From positions 1 through 32,906 of the forward strand of contig JAGVZH010000002.1 in NCBI GenBank assembly GCA_018302745.1: a stretch of DNA of 32,906 nt, in the 5' to 3' direction. This document shows, piece by piece, positions 24,032 to 32,846 of the stretch (its first letter is position 1; the number at the start of each line of letters is the position of its first letter). The translations under genes were made by a program, and so were the position numbers. This stretch comes from Candidatus Woesearchaeota archaeon (GTDB lineage Archaea; Nanobdellota; Nanobdellia; SCGC-AAA011-G17; JAGVZH01). A model generated the notes under the pieces. That model made no database searches, was not told where the DNA came from, and worked only from the letters and a program-made list of their open reading frames with translations.

Positions 24032-24634
24032 ATGACAAAAAAAGAACTTAAAGTTGTAAATATAGTTGCTTCTACATACCTGGAGCATGATATTCCATTG
24101 ATTAAACTTGCAGAAGCTCTTCCTAACACAGAATACAATCCAGAGCAGTTTCCTGGGCTTGTTATGAGGATAAAAGAGCCAAAAACATCAGCATTAATAT
24201 TCAGCTCTGGTAAGGTGGTTTGTACTGGTGCTAAGTCACTTCTTAAAGTGAGAGAATCTATCAATCAGATAATCAAAAACCTAGCCAAAATAAAGATTAA
24301 GATAAAAATAAAACCGGAGATTAAAGTGCAGAATATGGTCGCCTCTGGTGCGATTGGCATGGATTTAAACCTTAATGGCCTAGCAATGACTTTAGAAAAC
24401 ACAGAGTACGAGCCAGAGCAGTTTCCTGGTTTGGTTTACAAATTGCCGAATACAAGAGCGACTTTCCTGCTGTTTAGCAATGGAAAAATAGTGTGTACAG
24501 GAACAAGATCTGAAGAAAAGCTTAGAGAAGCATTAAACAAGCTTATAAAGACTTTAAATGCCCTTAAAAAGCCCTCATCAAAAGCAGGGAAAAAAACCAA
24601 ACCAAAGGTAAAAAAATCAAAAAAACGAAGATAA
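24032..24634 (+). CDS. tbp: TATA-box binding protein with lysine-rich C-terminal tail
   Basis: Two TBP repeats, each with NTEY-PEQFPGLV and ...GK-VCTG. SD-like GAGGGGG lies 7 nt upstream. Confidence 0.93.
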   Translation: MTKKELKVVNIVASTYLEHDIPLIKLAEALPNTEYNPEQFPGLVMRIKEPKTSALIFSSGKVVCTGAKSLLKVRESINQIIKNLAKIKIKIKIKPEIKVQNMVASGAIGMDLNLNGLAMTLENTEYEPEQFPGLVYKLPNTRATFLLFSNGKIVCTGTRSEEKLREALNKLIKTLNALKKPSSKAGKKTKPKVKKSKKRR

Positions 24635-24701
24635 ACAGTATTCTGTAATGCTCATTTTGCAGTTACAGAAAGCTCTTTTATTTTTAAGTAGTCTAATAAA
24701 A

Positions 24702-26720
24702 ATGGACGCACAAGAACAAACAGAAAAATTTAAAGAATTTATAGAAATTAATTACTTAGAGCAGATTCATAATTTAGTTAGAAAAGGAAAAAAATCTCTT
24801 GTTATTGATTTTGGAGAACTTGCAAAGTTTGATCCTGATTTAGCAGAAGATCTTCTGGAAGATCCGGAAAACCTATTTAAATCAGCTGAATTTTCTTTGG
24901 AAAATTTTGATCTTCCTGAAAAAAATTTTAGAGTCAGATTCAAAAATTTGCCCGACACCCAAAAGATGATGATTAAAGATATCAGGTCTATAGATCTTAC
25001 CAAATTCATAGCTTTAGAGGGCATTGTAAGGCAGGCTTCTGAAGTAAGACCTCAAGTAGAAAGCGCTAAGTTTGAGTGTCCTGCTTGCGGAAATAATATA
25101 ACCATACTACAGTTAGACACTAAATTTAAAGAACCTACAAGATGTTCTTGCGGAAGAAGAGGGAGATTTCATCTCATTAAAAAAGATTTGGTTGATGCTC
25201 AAAGACTAATAATTGAGGAGCCCCCTGACGCTTTGGATGGAGGAGAGCAGCCAAAGAGATTGGCAATTTTCCTAAAAGAAGATTTAGTAGACCCTTTGAT
25301 GGAAAAGAGAACAACGCCTGGAGCAAAAGTCAGGGTTTACGGAATAATAAAAGAAATTCCTATACTGCTAAAGTCAGGTGTGCAGTCTGTTAGGTATGAT
25401 CTAGTCATGGATTCAAATTATATAGAACCAGTAGAGGAAACTTTTCTGGATATAGAAGTATCAGAAAAAGATGAGAGAGAGATTCAGGAGCTGGCTAAAG
25501 ATCCTAAAATATACGAAAAATTAGTTGACTCAATCGCGCCTTCTATTTATGGGCATGAAAAAGTAAAGGAAGCAATAGTACTTCAATTAATGGGAGGGGT
25601 TAAGAAAATAAAGGATGATGGAACAACTATCAGGGGAGATTTACATATCTTATTAGTTGGCGACCCTGGTGCAGCAAAATCTTCCATATTGACATTTGTT
25701 TCTCAAGCAGCACCTAAAGCAAGGTTTGTTTCCGGAAAGAGCGTTACAGGTGCAGGATTGACAGCTACTGTAGTGAGAGATGAATTTTTAAGAGGATTTG
25801 CTCTGGAAGGAGGTGCATTAGTTCTAGCAAATAAAGGCATATGTTGTATTGATGAATTGGATAAGATGTCACCAGAAGATAGGGCAGCAATGCATGAGGC
25901 TTTAGAACAGCAAAGAATTTCTATTGCAAAAGCAAATATTCAGGCAACTTTAAAGACAGAGACAACGGTTTTAGCAGCAGCAAATCCAAAGATGGGAAGA
26001 TTTGATCCTTATGAGCCAATTGCAAAACAAATTGATTTGCCTCCTACTTTGATAAATAGGTTTGATTTAATATTTCCAATAAGAGATATTCCAAACAGAG
26101 CAAAAGATGCCAAAATAGCATCTCATGTTTTGGAACTTCAAAGAAGACCGGAAAAAATAATTTCTCAAATTCCAGTTAAGACTTTAAGAAAATATATAGC
26201 CTATGCAAAGCAAAAAGTAAAACCAAAATTAACACAGGAAGCAGTAGATGAGATAAAAGAATTCTATGTTAACTTAAGAAATAGCGGAGACGCTGACGGA
26301 GAATCTGTTAAACCGATTCCAATATCGGCAAGACAACTAGAAGCATTAGTAAGACTTGCAGAAGGTTCAGCTAGAGTCAGACTGAGCGAAAAAATAACAA
26401 AAAAAGATGCAAAAAGAGCAATAGATCTGTTAAGGCATTGCCTGCTGGAAGTAGGTTTTGATAAAGAAACAGGAAAAATAGATATTGATAGGATTTCAAC
26501 AGGAATTCCTGCATCAACAAGAGGAAAAATAATTTCAGTAAGGGAGATAATACATGAACTGGAAAAGAGAGTAGGAAAAAAAATCCCAACTCAGGATATT
26601 ATAAAAGAGGCTTCTGAAAAAGGCATAAAAACCAGTGAAATAGAGGAAGCGATAGAAAAACTAAAGCGTTCAGGCGATATTTTTGAACCTAAATCAGGAA
26701 TTATTTCTCCTATAAACTAA
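24702..26720 (+). CDS. mcm: MCM replicative helicase
   Basis: Zn motif CPACGN...CSCG, Walker A GDPGAAKS, Walker B CCIDELDKM, arginine finger region SRFDL-like NRFDLIF, and a C-terminal winged helix. The start is moved to MDAQEQ (24702) because the 18 upstream codons of the track ORF are hydrophobic and unlike MCM. Confidence 0.92.
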   Translation: MDAQEQTEKFKEFIEINYLEQIHNLVRKGKKSLVIDFGELAKFDPDLAEDLLEDPENLFKSAEFSLENFDLPEKNFRVRFKNLPDTQKMMIKDIRSIDLTKFIALEGIVRQASEVRPQVESAKFECPACGNNITILQLDTKFKEPTRCSCGRRGRFHLIKKDLVDAQRLIIEEPPDALDGGEQPKRLAIFLKEDLVDPLMEKRTTPGAKVRVYGIIKEIPILLKSGVQSVRYDLVMDSNYIEPVEETFLDIEVSEKDEREIQELAKDPKIYEKLVDSIAPSIYGHEKVKEAIVLQLMGGVKKIKDDGTTIRGDLHILLVGDPGAAKSSILTFVSQAAPKARFVSGKSVTGAGLTATVVRDEFLRGFALEGGALVLANKGICCIDELDKMSPEDRAAMHEALEQQRISIAKANIQATLKTETTVLAAANPKMGRFDPYEPIAKQIDLPPTLINRFDLIFPIRDIPNRAKDAKIASHVLELQRRPEKIISQIPVKTLRKYIAYAKQKVKPKLTQEAVDEIKEFYVNLRNSGDADGESVKPIPISARQLEALVRLAEGSARVRLSEKITKKDAKRAIDLLRHCLLEVGFDKETGKIDIDRISTGIPASTRGKIISVREIIHELEKRVGKKIPTQDIIKEASEKGIKTSEIEEAIEKLKRSGDIFEPKSGIISPIN

Positions 26721-26721
26721 G

Positions 26722-27342
26722 ATGGCAGAACAAAATATAAGGCAAATTGCCTATAAAGTTTGGATAGCGGATTTGCTTAGAAATAAATATGAAGCAAGAC
26801 AGGGAGAGTGGGAGCCTAATTACATAGATGTAAATGGAAAAAAAATTTCAAGAGTTAACATCATTGCCAATGTGGTAGAAAAGCAGGATACAGAAAGGCT
26901 TTCTTCTGCAGTGATAGATGATGGTTCTGGCAATATTAGCGCAAGGTGTTTTAATGAAAATACAAAAATATTAAGGAATATAGTTGTTGGTGATACAATC
27001 CTTGTTGTAGGAAAGCCAAGAATGAATAATAATGAAATGTTTATTGTTGTTGAGATAGCAAGAAAACTGGAAAATTCTTTGTGGCTTCAAGCAAGAAAGA
27101 AGGAATTAGAGAAAGAAGGAAAAACTTTGCCGGAAGCAGAAAATATTGAAGAAACTGACTCAAAAAGAGGAAAAATAATGAAATTGGTTAGGAATTTTGA
27201 CAAAGGGGATGGAGCTTTACAGGAAGAAGTGATAGAAAAATCTGGGTTAAGCATTGACGACAGCAAAAAAGTAATAAAGGAGCTTTTGGAGGAAGGAGCG
27301 ATATACCAGCCGAAGATAAACAGGTTAAAAACAATCGAATAA
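26722..27342 (+). CDS. OB-fold protein with C-terminal winged helix (RPA32/Stn1-like architecture)
   Basis: VSRVNIIANVVEK...VIDDGSGNISARCF...VGDTILVVGKPR...FIVVE is an OB pattern. The C-terminal KIMKLVRNFDKGDGALQEEVIEKSGLSIDDSKKVIKELLEEGAIYQP looks like a winged helix. The gene starts 2 nt after the mcm stop. Confidence 0.5.
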   Translation: MAEQNIRQIAYKVWIADLLRNKYEARQGEWEPNYIDVNGKKISRVNIIANVVEKQDTERLSSAVIDDGSGNISARCFNENTKILRNIVVGDTILVVGKPRMNNNEMFIVVEIARKLENSLWLQARKKELEKEGKTLPEAENIEETDSKRGKIMKLVRNFDKGDGALQEEVIEKSGLSIDDSKKVIKELLEEGAIYQPKINRLKTIE

Positions 27343-27380
27343 TTAACAACATTTAAAAACCTACTTCCTATATTTCTTTT

Positions 27381-27788
27381 ATGGATTACCAAGAAATGCT
27401 TGAAAAAGCAAAAGAAAAATTACCTGAAACGAAAAAAGCTACTGAAAGGTTTGAAATTCCTACTGTCAAAGGCCATGTCCAGGGTAATAAAACTATTATA
27501 TCAAATTTTAATCAGATAGTTTCAACTTTAAGAAGAGAGCAGGGGCATTTGTTAAAGTTCCTGCAAAGAGAATTAGCAACGCCTGCAAATGTAGATGGTC
27601 CAAGATTAATTCTTGGAAGGAAAATAGGCTCTTCCCTGATAAATGAAAAAGTAAAGAGATATACAGAGACTTTTGTCCTTTGCAAAGAATGTGGAAAGCC
27701 CGATACTCAGTTAAAAAAGGAAGACAAAGTCCTTATGTTAAAATGTACTGCATGCGGAGCAAAGCATCCAATAAAATCAAGAATATAG
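27381..27788 (+). CDS. Translation initiation factor aIF2 beta subunit
   Basis: RFEIPTVKGHVQGNKTIISNF..., LLKFLQRELATPA, and C-terminal zinc ribbon CKECGKPDT...CTACGA. Confidence 0.88.
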   Translation: MDYQEMLEKAKEKLPETKKATERFEIPTVKGHVQGNKTIISNFNQIVSTLRREQGHLLKFLQRELATPANVDGPRLILGRKIGSSLINEKVKRYTETFVLCKECGKPDTQLKKEDKVLMLKCTACGAKHPIKSRI

Positions 27789-27897
27789 GATATTGTTAAA
27801 AAAGAATATTAAAAAATAAACTTAGCGATTAAGATTAATCAATCAAGCTTTGAAAAAAGAAAAAAAATCCAGCAATTTCATCTTATGCTAAATAAAT

Positions 27898-28182
27898 ATG
27901 ATAATCAAAATACACAAAACAAAATATTCTACTTTGGTAGCTATTTGTGATGAAAAATTAATAGGGAAGATTATAGAAGATAAGAATATAAAAATAAATC
28001 TATCAGAACGATTTTATAAAGGGGAAGAGATTCCAGAAAAAAGAGTGGTTGAAATATTAAAAGATGCTGATTCTATAAATTTAGTAGGCAGAAAGGCTGT
28101 TGAAACAGGTTTAAAGGCTGATGTAATAAAAAAAGAAAATATTAAAAAAATAAAGGACATACCCTTTGCCATTTCGGTGTAA
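27898..28182 (+). CDS. DUF424-family archaeal protein
   Basis: 94 aa. The pattern LVAICDEKLIGK...YKGEEI...INLVG matches my memory of DUF424. Confidence 0.5.
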   Translation: MIIKIHKTKYSTLVAICDEKLIGKIIEDKNIKINLSERFYKGEEIPEKRVVEILKDADSINLVGRKAVETGLKADVIKKENIKKIKDIPFAISV

Positions 28183-28184
28183 AC

Positions 28185-28517
28185 ATGAAGAGACAAATAC
28201 CAAGAAAACACAGGAAATATTACGAGGCAATTATCCAGCTAAGACCTGCAAGCTACCCCATTATTAAATTTGTAAAAGACATAATAAAAAAAAGAGAGGA
28301 TGTTTTTATTTCAAGAGAGGAAAGGCAAAAAACAGGCATAGACCTTTATATCTCCTCTAAAAGTCTGGCAATGACTATAGGAAGGATGCTTAAAAAAAGA
28401 TTTGGCGGAAAAATAATATTATCAAGATCAATCTATGGCGTCCAGAAAGCCAGCAGCAAGAGGCTTTATAGACTTACTCTATGCTACCGAGAAGAAGAAT
28501 CTGCAAAAGATTTATAA
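28185..28517 (+). CDS. Minimal NMD3-like protein (lacks the N-terminal Cys4 zinc-binding clusters)
   Basis: YYEAIIQLR...TGIDLYISS...FGGKIILSRSIYG...RLTLCYR resembles the central NMD3 signature (yEa-iQlR ... GiD-y ... fGg). Only 110 aa. Confidence 0.45.
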   Translation: MKRQIPRKHRKYYEAIIQLRPASYPIIKFVKDIIKKREDVFISREERQKTGIDLYISSKSLAMTIGRMLKKRFGGKIILSRSIYGVQKASSKRLYRLTLCYREEESAKDL

Positions 28518-28541
28518 ACGCACTTCTTTCTAACAAAATTA

Positions 28542-28871
28542 ATGGCTGAAAAAAGAAAAAATAATGAAGAAGAAATAATTGTAAGAGTCAGAGTTCCAAG
28601 AGGAAAAGAAACATTCGGCGTTTTAGAGCAAAGATTAGGCGCTTCTAGAACAAGAGTCAGATGTTTAGACGGAAAAACTAGGATATGCAGAATTCCTGGC
28701 AGACTTAAGAGAACATTATGGGTTAGGGAAGGAGATATAGTTCTTGTAGAGCCTTGGGAGTATGGTGGAGATGAAAAAGGAGATATAATCTTTAAGTACA
28801 GAAAAAACCAGATTGACTGGCTTAAAAAGAAAGGTTATTTAAAGGAATTAGAATCTGTGCAAGAATTTTAA
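28542..28871 (+). CDS. eif1A: Translation initiation factor aIF1A
   Basis: [57 protein letters not shown] is the S1-like OB of eIF1A. Confidence 0.88.
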   Translation: MAEKRKNNEEEIIVRVRVPRGKETFGVLEQRLGASRTRVRCLDGKTRICRIPGRLKRTLWVREGDIVLVEPWEYGGDEKGDIIFKYRKNQIDWLKKKGYLKELESVQEF

Positions 28872-28874
28872 GAA

Positions 28875-29408
28875 ATGCAATACGAATTAAAAATACCAAA
28901 GGAAAGAATAGCTATACTAATTGGTAAAAAAGGAGAAGTAAAAAGAAGAATAGAGAAGTTAACAAAAACTAAATTAAAAATAGACTCAAAAGAAGGTGAT
29001 GTTATTATCAGCGGAGAAGATTCCTTAAACTGTTACATTATGCAGCAGATAGTCAGAGCAATTGCTCGAGGATTTAATCCTGAAGCTGCTCAACTTCTTT
29101 TAGATGAGGAAAACTGTCTTGAAATTATCGAAATGGGAAATTATATTGGAAAATCTAAAAGAAAACAGAAAAGGTTAAAAGGAAGAGTTATAGGAGAGGA
29201 AGGAAAAGCAAAAAAGATGATTGGGCAGATTACAGAGACTGAAATTTCAGTTTATGGCAAAACCATCTCTATAATCGGCAAAATAAGCGATGTTGCATTG
29301 GCAAGGAAAGCTGTAATTGATTTGCTTGCAGGAGCTCGCCACGGTCCTATTTACAATACACTGCAAAAAAAGAAAAATGAATTAAAGGTTTCCGGAGATC
29401 AAAAATGA
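28875..29408 (+). CDS. Two-KH-domain RNA-binding protein (Dim2/Pno1-like)
   Basis: IGKKGEVKRRIE and IGEEGKAKKMI are GxxG KH loops. Position between aIF1A and Topo VI fits the usual archaeal synteny. Confidence 0.7.
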   Translation: MQYELKIPKERIAILIGKKGEVKRRIEKLTKTKLKIDSKEGDVIISGEDSLNCYIMQQIVRAIARGFNPEAAQLLLDEENCLEIIEMGNYIGKSKRKQKRLKGRVIGEEGKAKKMIGQITETEISVYGKTISIIGKISDVALARKAVIDLLAGARHGPIYNTLQKKKNELKVSGDQK

Positions 29409-30988
29409 CTAAGGTCATAGCAGAAGAATTAGCAAAAAAACAAAGAGCAATATCTGTTTCTGAATTTTTTACGAAAAACAGGCATTTACTGGGATTTGAT
29501 AGTCCAACAAGAGCATTATTAATGACTGTAAAAGAGGCTGTTGATAATTCTTTAGATGCATGCCTTGAGATGAAAATTCTTCCTGAAATAAAAGTAATTT
29601 TAAAGGAAATAACTGAAAGCAGATTTAATATTGTGGTTGAGGATAATGGGCCAGGAATAATAAAGCAGCAGATACCAAATATATTTGCTAAATTGCTTTA
29701 TGGCTCAAAATTTCATTCTTTGAAGCAAAGCAGAGGGCAGCAAGGGCTTGGAATCTCAATGTCTGTTCTTTATTCACAATTGACAACAGGGAAGGCAACA
29801 AAAATTATTTCAAAAATCTCTCCAAACAAACCAGCCCATTATTATGAATTGCAGATAGATACAAAAAACAACGAGCCTAAAATTTTGAAAGACCAAACTG
29901 TAGATTGGGATAAGGATCATGGCACAAAAATAGAATTAGAGATTGAAGGAAAGTATCTAAAAGGAAGACAGTCTGTAGATGAATATATAAAACAGACAGC
30001 AATGGCCAATCCTTATGCACAGATAACTTATCTAAATCCTCAAAAAGAAAAACAAGTTTATAAAAGAGTAACGGAAATTTTGCCTAAAGAAGCAAGAGAA
30101 ATTAAACCACATCCTCACGGCATAGAACTGGGAAATTTTATAAAAATGATGCATGATACTACATCAAATACACTTTCAGGTTTTTTACAAAAGGATTTTT
30201 CAAGAATTGGAGCAGGAACAGCAGAAGCAGTACTTAAGGAGGCTAAGCTACAGGGAAATAATCCAAGGAAACTTGATGATAAAGAAACAGAAAAGCTGTT
30301 TAATACTCTACAAAAAACACAGATAATGTCCCCTCCTACAGATTGCTTATCTCCTATAGGATTTGAATTATTGGAGCAAAGCTTAAAAAAACAGCTTGAG
30401 GCAGAGTACTATGTCTCTATAACAAGAAAGCCTGATGTATACAGGGGAAACCCTTTCTTAATAGAATGTGCAATTGCTTATGGAGGAAACATACCGCAGG
30501 ATAGCACTTTAAGATTAGTAAGATTTGCAAATAAAGTTCCTTTGCTTTATCAGCAGGGAGGATGTGCTATAACGGAAAGTGTACTTGATACAAATTGGAA
30601 GCCTTATGGACTGCAGCAGTCAGGAAGCAACATGCCTGTAGGACCTGCTGTTTTGGTTGTACACATGGCGTCTGTATGGGTACCATTCACATCAGAGTCT
30701 AAAGAAGCAGTAGCTCATTATCCTGAAATAATAAAAGAGATTAAATTAGCTTTACAAGAATGCGGAAGAAAGCTTGGGCTTTATATAAGAAAGAATATAA
30801 GAGCAAAAGAGCAGAGAGAAAAAGCAGGTCTGTTTGAAAATTATATCCCTGAATTAGCCAGTTCGATATCAAATCTTTCTGGAGACAATAAGTCAGAAAT
30901 TGAAAATGATTTAAAGAAAATATTAAAAAAACATATTAAAAACATCCTCGGAGAAAATGAAGATGAAAACCAACAAGTCAGAGAATAA
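29405..30988 (+). CDS. top6B: DNA topoisomerase VI subunit B
   Basis: GHKL ATPase motifs: EAVDNSLDA (N box), DNGPGI (G1), LLYGSKF and QQGLGIS (G2). 527 aa. The start overlaps the upstream stop (ATGA). Confidence 0.92.
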   Translation: MTKVIAEELAKKQRAISVSEFFTKNRHLLGFDSPTRALLMTVKEAVDNSLDACLEMKILPEIKVILKEITESRFNIVVEDNGPGIIKQQIPNIFAKLLYGSKFHSLKQSRGQQGLGISMSVLYSQLTTGKATKIISKISPNKPAHYYELQIDTKNNEPKILKDQTVDWDKDHGTKIELEIEGKYLKGRQSVDEYIKQTAMANPYAQITYLNPQKEKQVYKRVTEILPKEAREIKPHPHGIELGNFIKMMHDTTSNTLSGFLQKDFSRIGAGTAEAVLKEAKLQGNNPRKLDDKETEKLFNTLQKTQIMSPPTDCLSPIGFELLEQSLKKQLEAEYYVSITRKPDVYRGNPFLIECAIAYGGNIPQDSTLRLVRFANKVPLLYQQGGCAITESVLDTNWKPYGLQQSGSNMPVGPAVLVVHMASVWVPFTSESKEAVAHYPEIIKEIKLALQECGRKLGLYIRKNIRAKEQREKAGLFENYIPELASSISNLSGDNKSEIENDLKKILKKHIKNILGENEDENQQVRE

Positions 30989-32045
30989 TCTAAAGGAGCT
31001 TGGCAAAGATTTGTCTAAGCAGATAAAAAAAGGAAAAGATCCTAGCCTGACTTTTACTTTGAGAGGATTGACTAATATAGTATTTGATAAAAAAACTAAA
31101 TCATTGTCTTTAGGAAACAAAAAATTAATGAGAACTTTTTTTAATCTTGCTCATGCAAAAAAATTTTTACAGACTATCGAAATTGCTTCTGTTAGTAAAA
31201 ATCTGATTAAAGAAGAAAAACACGCAAGCTTAAGGGACGCATTCTACCAAATTAAGAGGACTATACCTAATACTAAAGTAAACATTGTTGATGAACAGCC
31301 AGAGTCTGACAAGGCAATTGAAGATTTGGAAGTAATTACTGGGTTGTCAAGGGAGCAGTTAAATTTTAATGCGAACAAGAATGGATCTGTTGCAGGAAGA
31401 GTAGTAATCTCTGACAAAGGAGACACAATTGACTGGTCTAAGCTGGGATCAGGCGGGTGGAGTATTCCTTCTAATGTGGAAGATATTAAGTTCAAGAAAG
31501 TAAATGCAAAATACATATTATACATGGAAAAAGCAGCAGTATGGGAAAGACTTCATGAGGATAAATTTTGGGAAAAACAAAATTGCATTATAATAAGCTC
31601 TCAAGGGCAGACAACAAGAGGAATCAGGAGATTATTGCAAAGATTATCTGAAGAGTATAAACTCCCAATATATATTCTGACAGATTTTGATGCTTGGGGA
31701 TTCTATATTTATTCTGTTATAAAATATGGATCAATTGCTTTAGCACATTTGGGAAGTAAAATGACAATTCCAACTGTAAAATTTTTAGGCATTACTGCCA
31801 ATGATATTGAGCATTATGGATTAAATAAGCATCTCATAAAATTAAATGATAAAGATATTGCAAGAATGAAGCAAATTATGGATTATGAGTGGTTTAAAGA
31901 CAACAAAGATTGGCAGGAGCAATTCAAATTGATGAAGAAAATGGGGGCAAAAGCAGAGATTCAGGCATTAAGCTCAAGAGGAATCAGCTTTATTTCTGAG
32001 GAGTACCTTCCGGAAAAAATTAAAAAGAAAGATTTCTTAGATTAG
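30957..32045 (+). CDS. top6A: DNA topoisomerase VI subunit A (Spo11 homologue)
   Basis: SLRDAFYQ (catalytic Tyr region), Toprim YMEKAAVWERL ... ILTDFDAWG ... KAEIQAL. Overlaps top6B by 32 nt. Confidence 0.92.
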   Translation: MKMKTNKSENNLKELGKDLSKQIKKGKDPSLTFTLRGLTNIVFDKKTKSLSLGNKKLMRTFFNLAHAKKFLQTIEIASVSKNLIKEEKHASLRDAFYQIKRTIPNTKVNIVDEQPESDKAIEDLEVITGLSREQLNFNANKNGSVAGRVVISDKGDTIDWSKLGSGGWSIPSNVEDIKFKKVNAKYILYMEKAAVWERLHEDKFWEKQNCIIISSQGQTTRGIRRLLQRLSEEYKLPIYILTDFDAWGFYIYSVIKYGSIALAHLGSKMTIPTVKFLGITANDIEHYGLNKHLIKLNDKDIARMKQIMDYEWFKDNKDWQEQFKLMKKMGAKAEIQALSSRGISFISEEYLPEKIKKKDFLD

Positions 32046-32764
32046 GTTCTGAATATTATAAATTTATCTTTCAAAAGCCTCCTGATAAGTTTTCTTAACT
32101 CTTCTTCTGTTATATCAGGATTTGTTTGCTGGTCGCAGACTAATTTTAAGCTCTTTGCCATTTCAGCATAGCTGTAATATTTATTTTTTTGAAAATATCC
32201 AAGTAAAATATCCGAGTACTTTTGAAGGTTTTTGTAAACTTTTATCCAATTTTCAGAAAATTCTTCAGTTTTATATAATAAACCTATATCTCTTATAAAA
32301 TAAGCAAATAAATTATAAAAAGCTTTTTTATTTTTTTCCTCAACTTTTTCCGCAGTTTTTTCAAAAACTCCTTGCAAATCTTTTAGGGAAATTCTTTTTC
32401 TGAAACCTACATACTTATCTTCAATTTCAAGCACTCTGTTGCATAATTCTTTATATTTACCTTCAATTGCATTCAAATCTATTTTTTTTGAATACAGCAA
32501 TTTTTGTAAACTGATTGTTATGTCTCTAGCTTCAATATCATCCTGCAGCCATCTTTTTAGGCTTGCAACCTTATGGGTTAATTCAAGATAATCGTTAGGA
32601 TCTTTTCTTCCTTTGTACGCAATTAATAGATCTGCAAATTCACTTAATGAAAGAAAAGCAGCTTTGATAACACCCTCCTCTAATTTTCTGGCTCTTCTTT
32701 TAAGCAAAGAACCCATACTTTGCAAAGTTAAGGCATTTACATTTAGGGGTTGAGGGTCAGCCAT
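32042..32764 (-). CDS. Hypothetical helical protein (240 aa), possible C-terminal winged helix
   Basis: Long ORF with TATA-like AAATTTATATATTCC ~30 nt upstream of its ATG. No family recognised. Confidence 0.45.
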   Translation of the reverse strand: MADPQPLNVNALTLQSMGSLLKRRARKLEEGVIKAAFLSLSEFADLLIAYKGRKDPNDYLELTHKVASLKRWLQDDIEARDITISLQKLLYSKKIDLNAIEGKYKELCNRVLEIEDKYVGFRKRISLKDLQGVFEKTAEKVEEKNKKAFYNLFAYFIRDIGLLYKTEEFSENWIKVYKNLQKYSDILLGYFQKNKYYSYAEMAKSLKLVCDQQTNPDITEEELRKLIRRLLKDKFIIFRT

Positions 32765-32846
32765 TCAAAAGTAAGGATATTTGGAATATATAAATTTTAC
32801 ATTAAACCGGCTCTGTCCTGAATCTAATTTTAAAAAAGAATATTAA

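Noticed and set aside
24290-24320. Apparent tandem repeat aagattaagataaaaataaaa.
   Set aside because: It is simply the coding sequence of the KIKIKIKIK linker of TBP, not a non-coding repeat or CRISPR-like array.
24648-24701. 18-codon N-terminal extension of MCM given by the ORF track (MLILQLQKALLFLSSLIK).
   Set aside because: It is hydrophobic and unlike MCM N-termini. MDAQEQTEKFKEF... aligns with the usual MCM start, and an A/T-rich TATA-like stretch lies inside the extension.
534-31525. About 27 short-to-medium ORFs in the six-frame track lie inside and mostly antisense to larger genes. Examples are 534..767, 2502..2795, 3512..3700, 8291..8563, 9220..9475, 10143..10400, 11197..11409, 11647..12105, 12214..12483, 13428..13649, 13797..14057, 18918..19100, 19615..19809, 20286..20543, 22106..22615, 23363..23767, 24025..24264, 24767..25024, 26377..26589, 27087..27392, 28014..28211, 30923..31120 and 31244..31525.
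   Set aside because: Each is fully embedded in a gene with strong family motifs. Their translations are F/S/L/I-rich low-complexity strings typical of shadow frames of K/E-rich AT-rich genes, and no motif was recognised.
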